From an uncultured Thermodesulfobacteriota bacterium (GTDB taxonomy: Bacteria; Desulfobacterota; WTBG01; CAIYCZ01; CAIRTM01): a DNA stretch of 64,000 nucleotides. The stretch covers positions 2,736-66,735 of the forward strand of contig CAZFIB010000012.1 of the NCBI GenBank assembly GCA_964518865.1. The letters run 5' to 3'. A program made the position numbers and the translations under genes. Positions 60,944 through 64,000 of this stretch are shown one piece after another (within the stretch, counting starts at the first letter, position 1; each line of letters starts with the position of its first letter). The notes under the pieces are model-generated. The model had not been told where the DNA came from, ran no database searches, and saw nothing but the letters and a program-made list of their open reading frames with translations.

Positions 60944-61909
60944 CTATATAAGCTCATCGTCCTCCGGCAGAAACTCGTCTTCCGCGCCGGCCAGCATGTC
61001 GATCATATCGGAGTAGGATGACGAAAAACCGCCGGAAAAGCATTCCGAATCATTTTCCGGCGCAGCGCCCGGGCTGCCGAAGTAGGCCTCGGCCCGTTCA
61101 ACGATATGGCGTGCTTTTTTGCCGGCATCCGAACGGTTGCTTTTTGCCTGCGGCAGCTTTTGGATAACCTCACCTGCCAGTCGTTCATAGTCGGCACAGC
61201 CGATCGAGTTCCGGTCGAAGTCACCGACCGGCAGGCCGTGGTCGACCGACTCGCGCAGCCGCACCGTGTAGCGTATGACGGTTTCAAACACATTCTCACC
61301 GAACGCTTCCCGCACCTTTTCCAGAACCCGGCGCGCATAGCGCGTTCTGAAATCGAACATGGTAATCAGTGCCGTGCTGTCGATTTCATGGCCGAGAGAT
61401 TTTTTCAGGTACTCGATGACATCGACCAGCTTTACAACCCCGCGCAAAGAAAAAAGGCTCATGTCGATGGGAATGACAACTTCGCTGCAGGCGCGCAGGG
61501 CATTGAAGCAGAGGTGGCCGATGCTCGGCGGGCAGTCGAGGATTGCGAAATCGTAGGCCCGCGTGACCGGGGCAAGAGCCTCCAGCAGGGTGTGCTCGCG
61601 TCCCTGCACCTCGGCCAGCTGCTGCTCCAGGGCGCCCATGAGCGATCCGGCAGGCGCAAGGTGAAAGCCCGGGCGTATCGGCACGATGACCTCGGCGATG
61701 GGCAGGCGCTCCCCGCCGCAGGGCGTGAGCACATTATACATGCTTGCCTGCTCGGCCTCCACGTGCAGCCCCAGGGTGGCATGGGCCTGGGGGTCGCAGT
61801 CGACGATCAGAACCCGCTTTCCGAGACGGGCAAGCGAGGATGACAGGTTGACGGCGGTGGTTGTCTTCCCGCAGCCGCCTTTTTGATTGGCGATGGCGAT
61901 AATCCGCAT
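60944..61909 (-). CDS. ParA/Soj family ATPase (orphan, acidic C-terminal tail)
   Basis: ANQKGGCGKTTT, DCDPQ, DCPPS. Confidence 0.92.
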   Translation of the reverse strand: MRIIAIANQKGGCGKTTTAVNLSSSLARLGKRVLIVDCDPQAHATLGLHVEAEQASMYNVLTPCGGERLPIAEVIVPIRPGFHLAPAGSLMGALEQQLAEVQGREHTLLEALAPVTRAYDFAILDCPPSIGHLCFNALRACSEVVIPIDMSLFSLRGVVKLVDVIEYLKKSLGHEIDSTALITMFDFRTRYARRVLEKVREAFGENVFETVIRYTVRLRESVDHGLPVGDFDRNSIGCADYERLAGEVIQKLPQAKSNRSDAGKKARHIVERAEAYFGSPGAAPENDSECFSGGFSSSYSDMIDMLAGAEDEFLPEDDELI

Positions 61910-62008
61910 AGTGCGTTCCGGTCCCTGACGGTTTGGGGTATGGCAATACCAGAGAATGTGCAGCCGGTCAAGGCTTAATACGAAATATGGTACCTGAAAG
62001 GAAGGATG

Positions 62009-62458
62009 TTACGGCAGGTGATTCAGGTCCTCGAGGTCTTTGTGTCTGCCGGCAGCGCGCTTGTTCTCCCTGATGTCAAGAAGTGAAATAATATTTACCG
62101 GGATACCGTCAATATCTATAATCTCACGCCGTGAATAGCACTCCTCAAATACAACCCCTGAAGCACCGGTAATTATTTCTATGCGCACCGGCGGTACTCC
62201 CATGCGAATCACCTTGTCTTTTTCGAGAAACAGTTTTTCCGGCAGGGATTCTTGAGGCATGCCGAAAGCAGTAAGTGCTTCAGCGGTCCTGCGGGCATTG
62301 GAATCGCTGACAGCGATCCAGATATTCATATCGCCGGTAGCGCGCGGATAACCGTGATAGCCGACAGCATAGCCGCCGACAAGCAGATACTCAACCTCGT
62401 ATGAGTTCAGAAGTTTCAAGAAGTCTTTGAAGTCTTGATGAAACCCGATCCTTTCCAT
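62009..62458 (-). CDS. Nucleotidyltransferase-like protein
   Basis: YLLVGGYAVGYHGYPRATGD, NKRAAGRHKDLEDL. Confidence 0.85.
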   Translation of the reverse strand: MERIGFHQDFKDFLKLLNSYEVEYLLVGGYAVGYHGYPRATGDMNIWIAVSDSNARRTAEALTAFGMPQESLPEKLFLEKDKVIRMGVPPVRIEIITGASGVVFEECYSRREIIDIDGIPVNIISLLDIRENKRAAGRHKDLEDLNHLP

Positions 62459-62597
62459 ATACCATCCTTCTGTGTATTTCGACGGCGGCAAGCCGTTCCT
62501 GCGGTTTTTTAGACAGCCAGTACTCTTTTTCTTCTTCGGTATCGTGCAGGGAGGTAATTGAAATCACGTTTTTGTCGAGACGAGGAAGTGTATCCAT
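62391..62597 (-). CDS. Small partner protein of the nucleotidyltransferase (TA-like pair)
   Basis: SD GGAGG; EYWLSKKPQERLAAVE..RLQR; overlaps the NTase start. Confidence 0.8.
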   Translation of the reverse strand: MDTLPRLDKNVISITSLHDTEEEKEYWLSKKPQERLAAVEIHRRMVYGKDRVSSRLQRLLETSELIRG

Positions 62598-63046
62598 GCC
62601 CTCCTGCCCTCCTGTTGTAATCACGATTATGTAATACTACTAATCTACCAGAACAAAAACAAAGTCAAGTATCAAGCAAACAGGCGGCTATCGTATTCAG
62701 CTGGATGCGCCACGCTTTGTCCGGCTTCGGCAGCTAAACCGTGGTTTACCATAACGAAGGAATTCTTTTGACCCTGTCTGAAGGGCGCGGACAGCGCTCA
62801 GGAATCTACGCTTTTCGTGAACTGTTGAATGCAGCTGAAGGCGAGGAGGTATTTTGAGTCTCGTTTGTGACTAACGGGTGAGCCACAAATATGAACGAAG
62901 CAGAAACCGGAGCTGAGCATATTGATCCTGCACCGTCTCCTGGTACGCGGCCCTCGGGCGACAGCCGCCGCCGGAAGCCGGTATCGGTGCCTGGTGCGTT
63001 CGCCTGGTTTGCGCCTGCTGGTCGCTTCGCTCCGGCGACAGGCGGA

Positions 63047-63282
63047 TTAATCTTGGAGCGCATTCAGGAACTGGTTTTGCGTTGATGAGGCCATATGCTG
63101 GGGAGGGCCAGAAACATCATATGTTCTTCTACTATTTTTCACCATCATTCAGATCGTCTCGGGCTCTCATGTTGAAGTGCCGCAAAACGCTTTACCCAGT
63201 TAACATAAGTACGCTCTGTGCGATTCGAGCAAAGCCGCCGTTTCTTCACACTTCGTGTTTCGTTCAATAAATGACTTGACAT
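63047..63282 (-). pseudogene. intI: Frameshifted, truncated integron integrase N-terminus
   Basis: Across three frameshifts: MSSHLLNETRSV..SNRTERTYVNWVKRF / HFNMRARDDLNDGEK / VEEHMMFLA / MASSTQNQFLNAL. Matches the IntI N-terminal pattern S.RTE..Y..W..RF..STQNQA..AL. Confidence 0.75.
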
Positions 63283-63399
63283 AAAATACCTTGTATTTTA
63301 ATTTTTATTTGCACTGTTTATAACAGTATTAAACTAAATTAATTATTCCAATCATGCAGATTTACCTGTTTAGCTGCCCAATATCAGGGTAGAAGGCAA

Positions 63400-63426
63400 A
63401 TCGGCTTTATCTAATATGTTTTTTTA
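63400..63426 (+). other. Putative attI site
   Basis: ggctttatctaatatGTT between the divergent intI remnant and the cassette-like ORF; the R box after GTT is degenerate. Confidence 0.4.
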
Positions 63427-63431
63427 AAACT

Positions 63432-64000
63432 ATGTACATCCTGCTCCCAAACGAGCCAGTACAAGATGCCGAGCTTGAGCAGTTGTTGGAGCTACTCGCT
63501 TTGCTCGATAGGCAGCGTGACCGATACGATTGCCAGCGCAGAGTAACGCAGCCCCCAGAGCAGAACATCTTCTGGGACCGCATATCCTACATTGCCGGTC
63601 TGGGCTTCGTGATGTGCCAACAGTACGTCACCACTACCTGTCAAATCCCAAGTGTGGAAAAAGCTGACGCTCTTCGTTTGCCCCCCATGCATGAGTCGGG
63701 ACATTCTGTCGTAGAGATTATCAACGCTGCTGCGAACCACTGGAAGCACTATTTGGAGGACGTGGACCACCCCAAAGGAACGCTAAGAAAGTCTACTATC
63801 TCCCCGATTTTGGCTTTGGGCTTGGGCCTTGAAGAATGTTGCCTGCAGGAGACGATTTTGGAGGCTCTGGCAGAGACAACCATGCAGCCGTTCGAAAAGA
63901 TAGGGGCACTCATAACCAAATGGCGTGACAATCTGATACTGAAAGACCAACAAACCAGTAGTGCCGTCCCTCGCACCTCGGGCGGCACCGCAGCGTTAGC
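63432..64000 (+). CDS. Integron-cassette-like hypothetical protein, no stop within the window
   Basis: Open frame from ATG 63432: MYILLPNE..GLGFVMCQQY..IINAAANHWKH..KWRDNL. Lower GC than the core; missed by the ORF track. Confidence 0.75.
   Translation, partial: MYILLPNEPVQDAELEQLLELLALLDRQRDRYDCQRRVTQPPEQNIFWDRISYIAGLGFVMCQQYVTTTCQIPSVEKADALRLPPMHESGHSVVEIINAAANHWKHYLEDVDHPKGTLRKSTISPILALGLGLEECCLQETILEALAETTMQPFEKIGALITKWRDNLILKDQQTSSAVPRTSGGTAAL
63945..64000 (+). mobile_element. Degenerate attC-like site
   Basis: GACCAAC..gtgccgtcc..gggcggcac..GTTAGC, about 57 bp, at the end of the cassette ORF. Confidence 0.5.

Noticed and set aside
60944-61909. Plasmid or chromosome partition locus
   Set aside because: No parB, parS or rep in the window; orphan ParA proteins are common.
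63313-63327. LexA box at the intI promoter (ACTGTTTATAACAGT)
   Set aside because: CTGT and ACAG are 5 nt apart instead of the canonical 8; at best a decayed site.

Overview
GC-rich bacterial chromosomal window. Gene content (CheD-HDOD, HDOD kinases, tandem Hsp20, CoA-dehydratase activase, PKD/CTERM surface proteins) suggests an anaerobic deltaproteobacterium such as Desulfobacterota; this is inference only. Contents in order: a partial TolB-like gene; a YyaL thioredoxin-like gene; a ~12.5 kb glycosyltransferase cluster including a GT2-like domain fused to a gingipain/C25-like peptidase; bioA; several secreted Thr-linker surface proteins; a TetR / V4R-like / signal-peptide-bearing bilin-reductase-like unit; three hsp20; cupin-GNAT-M20; an activase next to AsnB with an unannotated divergent 54-aa ORF; a carboxyltransferase; polA; CheD-HDOD; a FlhG/MinD-HDOD-kinase fusion; dppBC-like permeases; parA; and a nucleotidyltransferase pair. 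The right end holds a decayed integron missed by the ORF track: a frameshifted intI 5' remnant, an attI-like site, a cassette ORF and a degenerate attC. Two families of palindromic intergenic repeats each occur twice. No rRNA, tRNA or CRISPR array was seen. All family calls come from motif recognition by eye, not database searches.
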